Source: the human T2T-CHM13v2.0 reference genome, Homo sapiens
Reading direction: 5' to 3' (one strand)
Assembly (NCBI RefSeq): GCF_009914755.1
Contig: NC_060931.1
DNA length: 64,000 nt
The translations under genes and the position numbers were made by a program. Shown here piece after piece: positions 51,401-64,000 of the stretch (its first letter is position 1; each line of letters begins with the position of its first letter). The notes under the pieces were generated by a model, which was not told where the DNA came from, made no database searches, and was given only the letters and a program-made list of their open reading frames with translations.

Positions 51401-54400
51401 AACAGTAGAAAGGGAAATATCTTCAAATAAAAACCAGACAGAATCATTCTCAGAAAATTCTTTGTGATGTGTGCGTTCAACTCACATAGTTTAACCTTTC
51501 TTTTCATAGAGCAGTTTGGAAACACTCTGTTTGTAAAGTCTGCAAGTGGATATATGGACCGCATTGAGGCCTTCGTTGGAAACGGGATTTCTTCATTTCA
51601 TGCTAGACAGAAGAATTCTCAGTAACTTCTTTGTGCTGTGTGTATTCAACTCACAGAGTGGAACGTCCCTTTGCACAGAGCAGATTTGAAACACTCTTTT
51701 TGTGGAGTTTGCAAGTGGAGATTTCAAGCGATTTGATGCCAACAGTAGAAAAGGAAATATCTTCAAATAAAAACTAGACAGAATCATTCTCAGAAACTAC
51801 TTTGTGATGTGTGCCTTCAACTCACAGAGTTTAACCTTTCTTTTCTTAGAGCAGTTTAGAAACACTCTGCTTGTTATGTCTGCAAGTGGATATTTGGACC
51901 TCTTTGAGGCCTTCGTTGCAAACGGGGTTTCTTCCTTTCATGCTAGACTAAGAAGAGTTCTCAGTAACTTTTTTGTGTTGTGTGTATTCAACTCACAGAG
52001 TTGAACCTTGCTTTAGAGAGAGCAGATTTGAAACACTCTCGCTGTGGAATTTTCAGGTGGAGATTTCAAGCGATTTGAGGACAATTGCAGAAAAGGAAAT
52101 ATCTTCGTATAATAACCAGACAGAATCATTCTCAGAAAGTGCTTTGTGATGTGTGCGTTCAACTCACAGAGTTTAACCTTTCTTTTCATAGAGGAGTTTG
52201 GAAACACACTGTTTGTAAAGTCTGCAAGTGGATACATGGACCTGTTTGAGGCCTTCGTTGGAAACGGGATTTCTTCATTGAATGCTAGACGGAAGAATTC
52301 TCAGTAAATTCTTTGTGTTGTGTGCATTCAACTCACAGAGTGGAACGTCCCTTTAGACAGAGCAGATTTGAAACACTCTTTTTGCGGAATTTGCAAGTGG
52401 AGATTTCTAGCCATTTGATGCCAACAGTAGAAAGGGAAATATCTTCAAATAAAAACCAGACAGAATCATTCTCAGAAAATTCTTTGTGATGTGTGCGTTG
52501 AACTCACATAGTTTAACCTTTCTTTTCATAGAGCAGTTTGGAAACACTCTGTTTGTAAAGTCTGCAAGTGGATATATGGACCGCATTGAGGCCTTCGTTG
52601 GAAACGGGATTTCTTCATTTCATGCTAGACAGAAGAATTCTCAGTAACTTCTTTGTGCTGTGTGTATTCAACTCACAGAGTGGAACGTCCCTTTGCACAG
52701 AGCAGATTTGAAACACTCTTTTTGTGGAGTTTGCAAGTGGAGATTTCAAGCGATTTGATGCCAACAGTAGAAAAGGAAATATCTTCAAATAAAAACTAGA
52801 CAGAATCATTCTCAGAAACTACTTTGTGATGTGTGCCTTCAACTCACAGAGTTTAACCTTTCTTTTCTTAGAGCAGTTTAGAAACACTCTGCTTGTTACG
52901 TCTGCAAGTGGATATTTGGACCTCTTTGAGGCCTTCGTTGCAAACGGGGTTTCTTCCTTTCATGCTAGACTAAGAAGAGTTCTCAGTAACTTTTTTGTGT
53001 TGTGTGTATTCAACTCACAGAGTTGAACCTTGCTTTAGAGAGAGCAGATTTGAAACACTCTTGCTGTGGCATTTTCAGGTGGAGATTTCAAGCGATTTGA
53101 GGACAATTGCAGAAAAGGAAATATCTTCGTATAATAACCAGACAGAATCATTCTCAGAAAGTGCTTTGTGATGTGTGCGTTCAACTCACAGAGTTTAACC
53201 TTTCTTTTCATAGAGGAGTTTGGAAACACACTGTTTGTAAAGTCTGCAAGTGGATACATGGACCTGTTTGAGGCCTTCGTTGGAAACGGGATTTCTTCAT
53301 TGAATGCTAGACGGAAGAATTCTCAGTAAATTCTTTGTGTTGTGTGCATTCAACTCACAGAGTGGAACGTCCCTTTAGACAGAGCAGATTTGAAACACTC
53401 TTTTTGCGGAATTTGCAAGTGGAGATTTCTAGCCATTTGATGCCAACAGTAGAAAGGGAAATATCTTCAAATAAAAACCAGACAGAATCATTCTCAGAAA
53501 ATTCTTTGTGATGTGTGCGTTCAACTCACATAGTTTAACCTTTCTTTTCATAGAGCAGTTTGGAAACACTCTGTTTGTAAAGTCTGCAAGTGGATATATG
53601 GACCGCATTGAGGCCTTCGTTGGAAACGGGATTTCTTCATTTCATGCTAGACAGAAGAATTCTCAGTAACTTCTTTGTGCTGTGTGTATTCAACTCACAG
53701 AGTGGAACGTCCCTTTGCACAGAGCAGATTTGAAACACTCTTTTTGTGGAGTTTGCAAGTGGAGATTTCAAGCGATTTGATGCCAACAGTAGAAAAGGAA
53801 ATATCTTCAAATAAAAACTAGACAGAATCATTCTCAGAAACTACTTTGTGATGTGTGCCTTCAACTCACAGAGTTTAACCTTTCTTTTCTTAGAGCAGTT
53901 TAGAAACACTCTGCTTGTTACGTCTGCAAGTGGATATTTGGACCTCTTTGAGGCCTTCGTTGCAAACGGGGTTTCTTCCTTTCATGCTAGACTAAGAAGA
54001 GTTCTCAGTAACTTTTTTGTGTTGTGTGTATTCAACTCACAGAGTTGAACCTTGCTTTAGAGAGAGCAGATTTGAAACACTCTTGCTGTGGCATTTTCAG
54101 GTGGAGATTTCAAGCGATTTGAGGACAATTGCAGAAAAGGAAATATCTTCGTATAATAACCAGACAGAATCATTCTCAGAAAGTGCTTTGTGATGTGTGC
54201 GTTCAACTCACAGAGTTTAACATTTCTTTTCATAGAGGAGTTTGGAAACACACTGTTTGTAAAGTCTGCAAGTGGATACATGGACCTGTTTGAGGCCTTC
54301 GTTGGAAACGGGATTTCTTCATTGAATGCTAGACGGAAGAATTCTCAGTAAATTCTTTGGGTTGTGTGCATTCAACTCACAGAGTGGAACGTCCCTTTAG

Positions 54401-57400
54401 ACAGAGCAGATTTGAAACACTCTTTCTGCGGAATTTGCAAGTGGAGATTTCTAGCCATTTGATGCCAACAGTAGAAAGGGAAATATCTTCAAATAAAAAC
54501 CAGACAGAATCATTCTCAGAAAATTCTTTGTGATGTGTGCGTTCAACTCACATAGTTTAACCTTTCTTTTCATAGAGCAGTTTGGAAACACTCTGTTTGT
54601 AAAGTCTGCAAGTGGATATATGGAACTCTTTGAGGCCTTCGTTGGAAACGGGATTTCTTCATTTCATGCTAGACAGAAGAATTCTCAGTAACTTCTTTGT
54701 GCTGTGTGTATTCAACTCACAGAGTGGAACGTCCCTTTGCACAGAGCAGATTTGAAACACTCTTTTTGTGGAGTTTGCAAGTGGAGATTTCAAGCGATTT
54801 GATGCCAACAGTAGAAAAGGAAATATCTTCAAATAAAAACTAGACAGAATCATTCTCAGAAACTACTTTGTGATGTGTGCCTTCAACTCACAGAGTTTAA
54901 CCTTTCTTTTCTTAGAGCAGTTTAGAAACACTCTGCTTGTTATGTCTGCAAGTGGATATTTGGACCTCTTTGAGGCCTTCGTTGCAAACGGGGTTTCTTC
55001 CTTTCATGCTAGACTAAGAAGAGTTCTCAGTAACTTTTTTGTGTTGTGTGTATTCAACTCACAGAGTTGAACCTTGCTTTAGAGAGAGCAGATTTGAAAC
55101 ACTCTCGCTGTGGAATTTTCAGGTGGAGATTTCAAGCGATTTGAGGACAATTGCAGAAAAGGAAATATCTTCGTATAATAACCAGACAGAATCATTCTCA
55201 GAAAGTGCTTTGTGATGTGTGCGTTCAACTCACAGAGTTTAACCTTTCTTTTCATAGAGGAGTTTGGAAACACACTGTTTGTAAAGTCTGCAAGTGGATA
55301 CATGGACCTGTTTGAGGCCTTCGTTGGAAACGGGATTTCTTCATTGAATGCTAGACGGAAGAATTCTCAGTAAATTCTTTGTGTTGTGTGCATTCAACTC
55401 ACAGAGTGGAACGTCCCTTTAGACAGAGCAGATTTGAAACACTCTTTTTGCGGAATTTGCAAGTGGAGATTTCTAGCCATTTGATGCCAACAGTAGAAAG
55501 GGAAATATCTTCAAATAAAAACCAGACAGAATCATTCTCAGAAAATTCTTTGTGATGTGTGCGTTGAACTCACATAGTTTAACCTTTCTTTTCATAGAGC
55601 AGTTTGGAAACACTCTGTTTGTAAAGTCTGCAAGTGGATATATGGACCGCATTGAGGCCTTCGTTGGAAACGGGATTTCTTCATTTCATGCTAGACAGAA
55701 GAATTCTCAGTAACTTCTTTGTGCTGTGTGTATTCAACTCACAGAGTGGAACGTCCCTTTGCACAGAGCAGATTTGAAACACTCTTTTTGTGGAGTTTGC
55801 AAGTGGAGATTTCAAGCGATTTGATGCCAACAGTAGAAAAGGAAATATCTTCAAATAAAAACTAGACAGAATCATTCTCAGAAACTACTTTGTGATGTGT
55901 GCCTTCAACTCACAGAGTTTAACCTTTCTTTTCTTAGAGCAGTTTAGAAACACTCTGCTTGTTATGTCTGCAAGTGGATATTTGGACCTCTTTGAGGCCT
56001 TCGTTGCAAACGGGGTTTCTTCCTTTCATGCTAGACTAAGAAGAGTTCTCAGTAACTTTTTTGTGTTGTGTGTATTCAACTCACAGAGTTGAACCTTGCT
56101 TTAGAGAGAGCAGATTTGAAACACTCTTGCTGTGGCATTTTCAGGTGGAGATTTCAAGCGATTTGAGGACAATTGCAGAAAAGGAAATATCTTCGTATAA
56201 TAACCAGACAGAATCATTCTCAGAAAGTGCTTTGTGATGTGTGCGTTCAACTCACAGAGTTTAACCTTTCTTTTCATAGAGGAGTTTGGAAACACACTGT
56301 TTGTAAAGTCTGCAAGTGGATATATGGACCTGTTTGAGGCCTTCGTTGGAAACGGGATTTCTTCATTGAATGCTAGACGGAAGAATTCTCAGTAAATTCT
56401 TTGTGTTGTGTGCATTCAACTCACAGAGTGGAACGTCCCTTTAGACAGAGCAGATTTGAAACACTCTTTTTGCGGAATTTGCAAGTGGAGATTTCTAGCC
56501 ATTTGATGCCAACAGTAGAAAGGGAAATATCTTCAAATAAAAACCAGACAGAATCATTCTCAGAAAATTCTTTGTGATGTGTGCGTTCAACTCACATAGT
56601 TTAACCTTTCTTTTCATAGAGCAGTTTGGAAACACTCTGTTTGTAAAGTCTGCAAGTGGATATATGGACCGCATTGAGGCCTTCGTTGGAAACGGGATTT
56701 CTTCATTTCATGCTAGACAGAAGAATTCTCAGTAACTTCTTTGTGCTGTGTGTATTCAACTCACAGAGTGGAACGTCCCTTTGCAGAGAGCAGATTTGAA
56801 ACACTCTTTTTGTGGAGTTTGCAAGTGGAGATTTCAAGCGATTTGATGCCAACAGTAGAAAAGGAAATATCTTCAAATAAAAACTAGACAGAATCATTCT
56901 CAGAAACTACTTTGTGATGTGTGCCTTCAACTCACAGAGTTTAACCTTTCTTTTCTTAGAGCAGTTTAGAAACACTCTGCTTGTTACGTCTGCAAGTGGA
57001 TATTTGGACCTCTTTGAGGCCTTCGTTGCAAACGGGGTTTCTTCCTTTCATGCTAGACTAAGAAGAGTTCTCAGTAACTTTTTTGTGTTGTGTGTATTCA
57101 ACTCACAGAGTTGAACCTTGCTTTAGAGAGAGCAGATTTGAAACACTCTTGCTGTGGCATTTTCAGGTGGAGATTTCAAGCGATTTGAGGACAATTGCAG
57201 AAAAGGAAATATCTTCGTATAATAACCAGACAGAATCATTCTCAGAAAGTGCTTTGTGATGTGTGCGTTCAACTCACAGAGTTTAACCTTTCTTTTCATA
57301 GAGGAGTTTGGAAACACACTGTTTGTAAAGTCTGCAAGTGGATATATGGACCTGTTTGAGGCCTTCGTTGGAAACGGGATTTCTTCATTGAATGCTAGAC

Positions 57401-58008
57401 GGAAGAATTCTCAGTAAATTCTTTGTGTTGTGTGCATTCAACTCACAGAGTGGAACGTCCCTTTAGACAGAGCAGATTTGAAACACTCTTTTTGCGGAAT
57501 TTGCAAGTGGAGATTTCTAGCCATTTGATGCCAACAGTAGAAAGGGAAATATCTTCAAATAAAAACCAGACAGAATCATTCTCAGAAAATTCTTTGTGAT
57601 GTGTGCGTTCAACTCACATAGTTTAACCTTTCTTTTCATAGAGCAGTTTGGAAACACTCTGTTTGTAAAGTCTGCAAGTGGATATATGGACCGCATTGAG
57701 GCCTTCGTTGGAAACGGGATTTCTTCATTTCATGCTAGACAGAAGAATTCTCAGTAACTTCTTTGTGCTGTGTGTATTCAACTCACAGAGTGGAACGTCC
57801 CTTTGCACAGAGCAGATTTGAAACACTCTTTTTGTGGAGTTTGCAAGTGGAGATTTCAAGCGATTTGATGCCAACAGTAGAAAAGGAAATATCTTCAAAT
57901 AAAAACTAGACAGAATCATTCTCAGAAACTACTTTGTGATGTGTGCCTTCAACTCACAGAGTTTAACCTTTCTTTTCTTAGAGCAGTTTAGAAACACTCT
58001 GCTTGTTA
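45432..58008 (+). repeat. Tandem duplication of a 6-HOR block (period 6132 bp)
   Basis: TTTCTGCGG was seen only at 48294 and 54426, and the order of other markers is the same in both copies. The flanking mismatches are at 45425/51557 and 51877/58009. Confidence 0.9.
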
Positions 58009-61000
58009 CGTCTGCAAGTGGATATTTGGACCTCTTTGAGGCCTTCGTTGCAAACGGGGTTTCTTCCTTTCATGCTAGACTAAGAAGAGTTCTCAGTAAC
58101 TTTTTTGTGTTGTGTGTATTCAACTCACAGAGTTGAACCTTGCTTTAGAGAGAGCAGATTTGAAACACTCTTGCTGTGGCATTTTCAGGTGGAGATTTCA
58201 AGCGATTTGAGGACAATTGCAGAAAAGGAAATATCTTCGTATAATAACCAGACAGAATCATTCTCAGAAAGTGCTTTGTGATGTGTGCGTTCAACTCACA
58301 GAGTTTAACCTTTCTTTTCATAGAGGAGTTTGGAAACACACTGTTTGTAAAGTCTGCAAGTGGATACATGGACCTGTTTGAGGCCTTCGTTGGAAACGGG
58401 ATTTCTTCATTGAATGCTAGACGGAAGAATTCTCAGTAAATTCTTTGTGTTGTGTGCATTCAACTCACAGAGTGGAACGTCCCTTTAGACAGAGCAGATT
58501 TGAAACACTCTTTTTGCGGAATTTGCAAGTGGAGATTTCTAGCCATTTGATGCCAACAGTAGAAAGGGAAATATCTTCAAATAAAAACCAGACAGAATCA
58601 TTCTCAGCAAATTCTTTGTGATGTGTGCGTTCAACTCACATAGTTTAACCTTTCTTTTCATAGAGCAGTTTGGAAACACTCTGTTTGTAAAGTCTGCAAG
58701 TGGATATATGGACCGCATTGAGGCCTTCGTTGGAAACGGGATTTCTTCATTTCATGCTAGACAGAAGAATTCTCAGTAACTTCTTTGTGCTGTGTGTATT
58801 CAACTCACAGAGTGGAACGTCCCTTTGCACAGAGCAGATTTGAAACACTCTTTTTGTGGAGTTTGCAAGTGGAGATTTCAAGCGATTTGATGCCAACAGT
58901 AGAAAAGGAAATATCTTCAAATAAAAACTAGACAGAATCATTCTCAGAAACTACTTTGTGATGTGTGCCTTCAACTCACAGAGTTTAACCTTTCTTTTCT
59001 TAGAGCAGTTTAGAAACACTCTGCTTGTTACGTCTGCAAGTGGATATTTGGACCTCTTTGAGGCCTTCGTTGCAAACGGGGTTTCTTCCTTTCATGCTAG
59101 ACTAAGAAGAGTTCTCAGTAACTTTTTTGTGTTGTGTGTATTCAACTCACAGAGTTGAACCTTGCTTTAGAGAGAGCAGATTTGAAACACTCTTGCTGTG
59201 GCATTTTCAGGTGGAGATTTCAAGCGATTTGAGGACAATTGCAGAAAAGGAAATATCTTCGTATAATAACCAGACAGAATCATTCTCAGAAAGTGCTTTG
59301 TGATGTGTGCGTTCAACTCACAGAGTTTAACATTTCTTTTCATAGAGGAGTTTGGAAACACACTGTTTGTAAAGTCTGCAAGTGGATACATGGACCTGTT
59401 TGAGGCCTTCGTTGGAAACGGGATTTCTTCATTGAATGCTAGACGGAAGAATTCTCAGTAAATTCTTTGGGTTGTGTGCATTCAACTCACAGAGTGGAAC
59501 GTCCCTTTAGACAGAGCAGATTTGAAACACTCTTTTTGCGGAATTTGCAAGTGGAGATTTCTAGCCATTTGATGCCAACAGTAGAAAGGGAAATATCTTC
59601 AAATAAAAACCAGACAGAATCATTCTCAGAAAATTCTTTGTGATGTGTGCGTTCAACTCACATAGTTTAACCTTTCTTTTCATAGAGCAGTTTGGAAACA
59701 CTCTGTTTGTAAAGTCTGCAAGTGGATATATGGAACTCTTTGAGGCCTTCGTTGGAAACGGGATTTCTTCATTTCATGCTAGACAGAAGAATTCTCAGTA
59801 ACTTCTTTGTGCTGTGTGTATTCAACTCACAGAGTGGAACGTCCCTTTGCACAGAGCAGATTTGAAACACTCTTTTTGTGGAGTTTGCAAGTGGAGATTT
59901 CAAGCGATTTGATGCCAACAGTAGAAAAGGAAATATCTTCAAATAAAAACTAGACAGAATCATTCTCAGAAACTACTTTGTGATGTGTGCCTTCAACTCA
60001 CAGAGTTTAACCTTTCTTTTCTTAGAGCAGTTTAGAAACACTCTGCTTGTTATGTCTGCAAGTGGATATTTGGACCTCTTTGAGGCCTTCGTTGCAAACG
60101 GGGTTTCTTCCTTTCATGCTAGACTAAGAAGAGTTCTCAGTAACTTTTTTGTGTTGTGTGTATTCAACTCACAGAGTTGAACCTTGCTTTAGAGAGAGCA
60201 GATTTGAAACACTCTCGCTGTGGAATTTTCAGGTGGAGATTTCAAGCGATTTGAGGACAATTGCAGAAAAGGAAATATCTTCGTATAATAACCAGACAGA
60301 ATCATTCTCAGAAAGTGCTTTGTGATGTGTGCGTTCAACTCACAGAGTTTAACCTTTCTTTTCATAGAGGAGTTTGGAAACACACTGTTTGTAAAGTCTG
60401 CAAGTGGATACATGGACCTGTTTGAGGCCTTCGTTGGAAACGGGATTTCTTCATTGAATGCTAGACGGAAGAATTCTCAGTAAATTCTTTGTGTTGTGTG
60501 CATTCAACTCACAGAGTGGAACGTCCCTTTAGACAGAGCAGATTTGAAACACTCTTTTTGCGGAATTTGCAAGTGGAGATTTCTAGCCATTTGATGCCAA
60601 CAGTAGAAAGGGAAATATCTTCAAATAAAAACCAGACAGAATCATTCTCAGAAAATTCTTTGTGATGTGTGCGTTGAACTCACATAGTTTAACCTTTCTT
60701 TTCATAGAGCAGTTTGGAAACACTCTGTTTGTAAAGTCTGCAAGTGGATATATGGACCGCATTGAGGCCTTCGTTGGAAACGGGATTTCTTCATTTCATG
60801 CTAGACAGAAGAATTCTCAGTAACTTCTTTGTGCTGTGTGTATTCAACTCACAGAGTGGAACGTCCCTTTGCACAGAGCAGATTTGAAACACTCTTTTTG
60901 TGGAGTTTGCAAGTGGAGATTTCAAGCGATTTGATGCCAACAGTAGAAAAGGAAATATCTTCAAATAAAAACTAGACAGAATCATTCTCAGAAACTACTT

Positions 61001-64000
61001 TGTGATGTGTGCCTTCAACTCACAGAGTTTAACCTTTCTTTTCTTAGAGCAGTTTAGAAACACTCTGCTTGTTACGTCTGCAAGTGGATATTTGGACCTC
61101 TTTGAGGCCTTCGTTGCAAACGGGGTTTCTTCCTTTCATGCTAGACTAAGAAGAGTTCTCAGTAACTTTTTTGTGTTGTGTGTATTCAACTCACAGAGTT
61201 GAACCTTGCTTTAGAGAGAGCAGATTTGAAACACTCTTGCTGTGGCATTTTCAGGTGGAGATTTCAAGCGATTTGAGGACAATTGCAGAAAAGGAAATAT
61301 CTTCGTATAATAACCAGACAGAATCATTCTCAGAAAGTGCTTTGTGATGTGTGCGTTCAACTCACAGAGTTTAACCTTTCTTTTCATAGAGGAGTTTGGA
61401 AACACACTGTTTGTAAAGTCTGCAAGTGGATACATGGACCTGTTTGAGGCCTTCGTTGGAAACGGGATTTCTTCATTGAATGCTAGACGGAAGAATTCTC
61501 AGTAAATTCTTTGTGTTGTGTGCATTCAACTCACAGAGTGGAACGTCCCTTTAGACAGAGCAGATTTGAAACACTCTTTTTGCGGAATTTGCAAGTGGAG
61601 ATTTCTAGCCATTTGATGCCAACAGTAGAAAGGGAAATATCTTCAAATAAAAACCAGACAGAATCATTCTCAGAAAATTCTTTGTGATGTGTGCGTTCAA
61701 CTCACATAGTTTAACCTTTCTTTTCATAGAGCAGTTTGGAAACACTCTGTTTGTAAAGTCTGCAAGTGGATATATGGACCGCATTGAGGCCTTCGTTGGA
61801 AACGGGATTTCTTCATTTCATGCTAGACAGAAGAATTCTCAGTAACTTCTTTGTGCTGTGTGTATTCAACTCACAGAGTGGAACGTCCCTTTGCACAGAG
61901 CAGATTTGAAACACTCTTTTTGTGGAGTTTGCAAGTGGAGATTTCAAGCGATTTGATGCCAACAGTAGAAAAGGAAATATCTTCAAATAAAAACTAGACA
62001 GAATCATTCTCAGAAACTACTTTGTGATGTGTGCCTTCAACTCACAGAGTTTAACCTTTCTTTTCTTAGAGCAGTTTAGAAACACTCTGCTTGTTACGTC
62101 TGCAAGTGGATATTTGGACCTCTTTGAGGCCTTCGTTGCAAACGGGGTTTCTTCCTTTCATGCTAGACTAAGAAGAGTTCTCAGTAACTTTTTTGTGTTG
62201 TGTGTATTCAACTCACAGAGTTGAACCTTGCTTTAGAGAGAGCAGATTTGAAACACTCTTGCTGTGGCATTTTCAGGTGGAGATTTCAAGCGATTTGAGG
62301 ACAATTGCAGAAAAGGAAATATCTTCGTATAATAACCAGACAGAATCATTCTCAGAAAGTGCTTTGTGATGTGTGCGTTCAACTCACAGAGTTTAACATT
62401 TCTTTTCATAGAGGAGTTTGGAAACACACTGTTTGTAAAGTCTGCAAGTGGATACATGGACCTGTTTGAGGCCTTCGTTGGAAACGGGATTTCTTCATTG
62501 AATGCTAGACGGAAGAATTCTCAGTAAATTCTTTGGGTTGTGTGCATTCAACTCACAGAGTGGAACGTCCCTTTAGACAGAGCAGATTTGAAACACTCTT
62601 TTTGCGGAATTTGCAAGTGGAGATTTCTAGCCATTTGATGCCAACAGTAGAAAGGGAAATATCTTCAAATAAAAACCAGACAGAATCATTCTCAGAAAAT
62701 TCTTTGTGATGTGTGCGTTCAACTCACATAGTTTAACCTTTCTTTTCATAGAGCAGTTTGGAAACACTCTGTTTGTAAAGTCTGCAAGTGGATATATGGA
62801 ACTCTTTGAGGCCTTCGTTGGAAACGGGATTTCTTCATTTCATGCTAGACAGAAGAATTCTCAGTAACTTCTTTGTGCTGTGTGTATTCAACTCACAGAG
62901 TGGAACGTCCCTTTGCACAGAGCAGATTTGAAACACTCTTTTTGTGGAGTTTGCAAGTGGAGATTTCAAGCGATTTGATGCCAACAGTAGAAAAGGAAAT
63001 ATCTTCAAATAAAAACTAGACAGAATCATTCTCAGAAACTACTTTGTGATGTGTGCCTTCAACTCACAGAGTTTAACCTTTCTTTTCTTAGAGCAGTTTA
63101 GAAACACTCTGCTTGTTATGTCTGCAAGTGGATATTTGGACCTCTTTGAGGCCTTCGTTGCAAACGGGGTTTCTTCCTTTCATGCTAGACTAAGAAGAGT
63201 TCTCAGTAACTTTTTTGTGTTGTGTGTATTCAACTCACAGAGTTGAACCTTGCTTTAGAGAGAGCAGATTTGAAACACTCTCGCTGTGGAATTTTCAGGT
63301 GGAGATTTCAAGCGATTTGAGGACAATTGCAGAAAAGGAAATATCTTCGTATAATAACCAGACAGAATCATTCTCAGAAAGTGCTTTGTGATGTGTGCGT
63401 TCAACTCACAGAGTTTAACCTTTCTTTTCATAGAGGAGTTTGGAAACACACTGTTTGTAAAGTCTGCAAGTGGATACATGGACCTGTTTGAGGCCTTCGT
63501 TGGAAACGGGATTTCTTCATTGAATGCTAGACGGAAGAATTCTCAGTAAATTCTTTGTGTTGTGTGCATTCAACTCACAGAGTGGAACGTCCCTTTAGAC
63601 AGAGCAGATTTGAAACACTCTTTTTGCGGAATTTGCAAGTGGAGATTTCTAGCCATTTGATGCCAACAGTAGAAAGGGAAATATCTTCAAATAAAAACCA
63701 GACAGAATCATTCTCAGAAAATTCTTTGTGATGTGTGCGTTGAACTCACATAGTTTAACCTTTCTTTTCATAGAGCAGTTTGGAAACACTCTGTTTGTAA
63801 AGTCTGCAAGTGGATATATGGACCGCATTGAGGCCTTCGTTGGAAACGGGATTTCTTCATTTCATGCTAGACAGAAGAATTCTCAGTAACTTCTTTGTGC
63901 TGTGTGTATTCAACTCACAGAGTGGAACGTCCCTTTGCACAGAGCAGATTTGAAACACTCTTTTTGTGGAGTTTGCAAGTGGAGATTTCAAGCGATTTGA

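Larger units (their letters stand above)
1..64000 (+). repeat. Alpha-satellite higher-order repeat array: 6-mer, 1022-bp HOR, about 62 copies, single orientation, centromeric
   Basis: Typical alphoid motifs (CATTCTCAGAAA, TTCAACTCACAGAG, TTTGAAACACTC, TGCAAGTGGA) recur every ~170 bp. Identical ORFs recur every 1022 bp (e.g. 400, 1422, 2444 ... 63046). The only phase shifts are -18 (near 3304), +340 (near 9350) and -18 (near 13846). Confidence 0.99.
1..64000 (+). repeat. D7Z1: Probable human chromosome 7 active array D7Z1 (suprachromosomal family 1, dimeric J1/J2-type)
   Basis: Seen: 6-mer of 1022 bp, dimeric substructure, and EcoRI sites at 209, 891 and 1231 giving 682 + 340 bp fragments (the homologous site at 551 reads GAGTTC). 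Recalled: D7Z1 is a ~1.02-kb SF1 hexamer that EcoRI cuts into a dimer and a tetramer. Not confirmed by alignment. Confidence 0.8.

Noticed and set aside
189-63479. The many 64-80 aa ORFs on both strands
   Set aside because: They are chance open frames in satellite DNA that repeat at the HOR period and are freely created or destroyed by single variants. They show no recognisable domains or gene context, and database proteins resembling them would most likely be spurious translations of alphoid DNA.
1-64000. CRISPR-like array (regularly spaced conserved motifs)
   Set aside because: The intervening sequences are themselves repeated rather than unique spacers, there are no cas genes, and the period is that of alphoid monomers.
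1-64000. Transposon (L1/Alu) insertion, inversion or embedded unique sequence
   Set aside because: The HOR phase is fully accounted for (1022-bp steps, two -18 shifts and one +340 shift) and orientation never changes, leaving no room for an insert.

Overview
The whole window is one uninterrupted, single-orientation primate (most likely human) centromeric alpha-satellite array. It consists of ~171-bp monomers arranged as alternating CENP-B-box-positive and box-negative ~340-bp dimers (suprachromosomal family 1 type), grouped into a 1022-bp 6-monomer higher-order repeat (HOR) present in about 62 nearly identical copies. The 6-mer length and the EcoRI pattern (340 + 682 bp) fit the chromosome 7 array D7Z1; this identification comes from recalled knowledge, not a database search. 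I see no genes, RNA genes, transposon insertions, inversions or CRISPR arrays, and every ORF in the supplied track is a chance frame repeating with the HOR. I found no new gene system. The informative structure is the variant pattern. It shows one 8-mer HOR with its breakpoint at a CENP-B box, an 18-bp deletion present twice, multi-HOR duplications (offsets 10542, 6132 twice and 12264 bp), a switch in HOR haplotype at ~32.5-32.9 kb, probable inter-monomer conversion tracts and two CENP-B boxes with a mutated core. Variants were read by eye, so the lists may be incomplete.
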